A DNA stretch of 63,770 nt, the filler included, from Octopus bimaculoides (lineage: Eukaryota): NCBI RefSeq assembly GCF_001194135.2. It is 8 parts of 7 records of this genome, joined end to end, with 100 filler letters (N's around TTAATTAATTAA, not from the genome) between each part and the next. Parts side by side here need not be neighbours in the genome. Positions count along the whole stretch, not along the records: positions 60,581 to 63,770 come from NC_068998.1; 7 more parts are not named here. One strand, 5' to 3'. The position numbers and the translations under genes were made by a program. The notes under the pieces are model-generated. The model had not been told where the DNA came from. It did no database searches and worked only from the letters and a program-made list of their open reading frames with translations. Shown one piece after another: positions 62,441 to 63,770 of the stretch. How positions within the stretch are numbered: position 1 is the stretch's first letter; each line of letters opens with the position of its first letter.

Positions 62441-62897
62441 TGAAACCGTTATTATTTCTTTTCCTATTCCTGGGTTTAAATGCTTTTTGAAAATCTTTCC
62501 AGTTGGTAGGAAGGCTGCAAGGGGACTAAACTTTTGAGCAGTTATCAGATCGTGCACAAAACGAGATAATTTCCAGAAAGTCAACACCACTGTCAGTTCT
62601 TTTCTAAAAGATATTCTTAGTATCCAGCCATTGACCTATCATAGGTTGTTGACAGTCTGTAATTATGATTATAAAAACATAAAACACAGCTGTGTCTGAA
62701 GTATAAGCTCAGGTCAGAGTTTTCGAATGTTTCATTGCTTGAAGGAAGATAGAACATTTGGTTACATGACTCATTTCTTGAATGGAGTACATGAAACGTT
62801 AAGACGTTAAAAGACTTGTTTCAGTTATTTTGTATTAAGTCTTCAAAGTCTTGTTGTATAACATGTATATCATCGCTTGTCTTGAACTCTAATATCA

Positions 62898-63041
62898 ATT
62901 TGGCGCCTTCCGCATAGCTGCTGAGTGTGACAGATTTGGTGTCGTCTGCATTGTCGGTGAGTATGGCAGATTTCGTGACGTCTGCATTACTGGTGAGCGT
63001 GGAAAATTTCGCGTCGTCTGCATAGTGGGTATATGTAGTAG
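62898..63041. repeat. 4 x 36-bp tandem repeat, open in frame as 12-aa units
   Basis: units start at 62898, 62934, 62970 and 63006; minus frame reads SP(T/V)MQT(T/S)(R/P)NL(P/S)x. Confidence 0.85.
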
Positions 63042-63770
63042 ATGTGATGTGGTGTGCTTAAGCTGATGAGTGTATCTGATATTTTTGTTGACATTTGATA
63101 ACGTTATGATATACAAAAACAGATCTAGAACGATGTCTTTCGGCAACCTACTTATTACCACAGATTTTCCAGATAGTGCTGTTCAATTTAACTTTGGCCT
63201 TTCAGGAACCGGAAATCCCGATACCGAAACTTGCTTTTATGCCAACGTTTTTCAGTTTGTAACTTAAAATTCAGTTATCGTGTTGTAAGAACATTTCATG
63301 AGATCAAATTCTACACAGTCAGCCTATAATCCAGACAGCAAATTCTTCAGAATTTCGCTGGATTATTGTAAAGGCCAACAGATATTTTCTTCTGTTGAGT
63401 GTGTTGCTAAAAAATAATATGTTTGTCGAAATCGTTTATTAAGTTACGCGTAATTTTTGCTCAGAACTTTTAGAGGACTTCTACCTTTAAAAATCGGTAT
63501 TTTTCAACATTTCTTGTAGTTGGCTAGAATATTATGGATATATTTGTGGCCGCACGGCATTTTTTCTATGTTTTTTTTTGTACAAGTATGCTTTATTTTG
63601 TTGTGTTTGCTTTCGTCGTTGTCCTGCGCATTCGTTAGCTATTCCCAGTGGCTTTTCGACACTGGTACCACCAAGGCGCGAAATTGTAATGATATTTTTG
63701 ACGTTGAATGATAAGGAAGGAATAAGCTACGAATTTTCTGTTCGTTACGTTTTCATAAAATTTTCCATTT

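Noticed and set aside
62898-63041. CRISPR-like array (36-bp period)
   Set aside because: The units are contiguous with no unique spacers, and the context is eukaryotic.

Overview
AT-rich, microsatellite-saturated animal DNA from a gappy scaffold. It is most likely an octopus genome: this is an inference from the SINE families, the (TACA)n/(CA)n/(AAT)n density and the N44-TTAATTAATTAA-N44 gap spacers. No intact host protein-coding gene, rRNA, true tRNA or CRISPR array can be supported, and almost all ORF-track entries are translated microsatellites or gaps. The non-satellite sequence is a set of mobile elements. These are: about 30 copies of 3-4 tRNA-derived SINE families (several with clear 8-17 bp TSDs); Tc1/mariner relics (DD37D maT, Tc1, DD34D mariner); a near full-length decayed Chapaev3-type transposase; a hAT MITE; a foldback MITE; a Tx1/L1-like ORF1; a ~3.7 kb decayed RTE LINE; R2-like and Dong/R4-like RLE retrotransposon pieces; and a Penelope-like GIY-YIG fragment. 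The most notable observations are five. (1) A TSD-bounded tRNA-headed SINE whose tail is a minimal hammerhead ribozyme (50255-50563). (2) A well-formed type I hammerhead in the Penelope 3' region (61302-61364). (3) A compact TIR element carrying SAP and SWIM coding sequence but no visible transposase (53413-54199). (4) A candidate minus-strand promoter with two inverted ATCACGTGAC boxes, a CCAAT box and a TATA box (38905-39095). (5) A Dong/R4 3' end embedded in (TACA)n (61505-62216).
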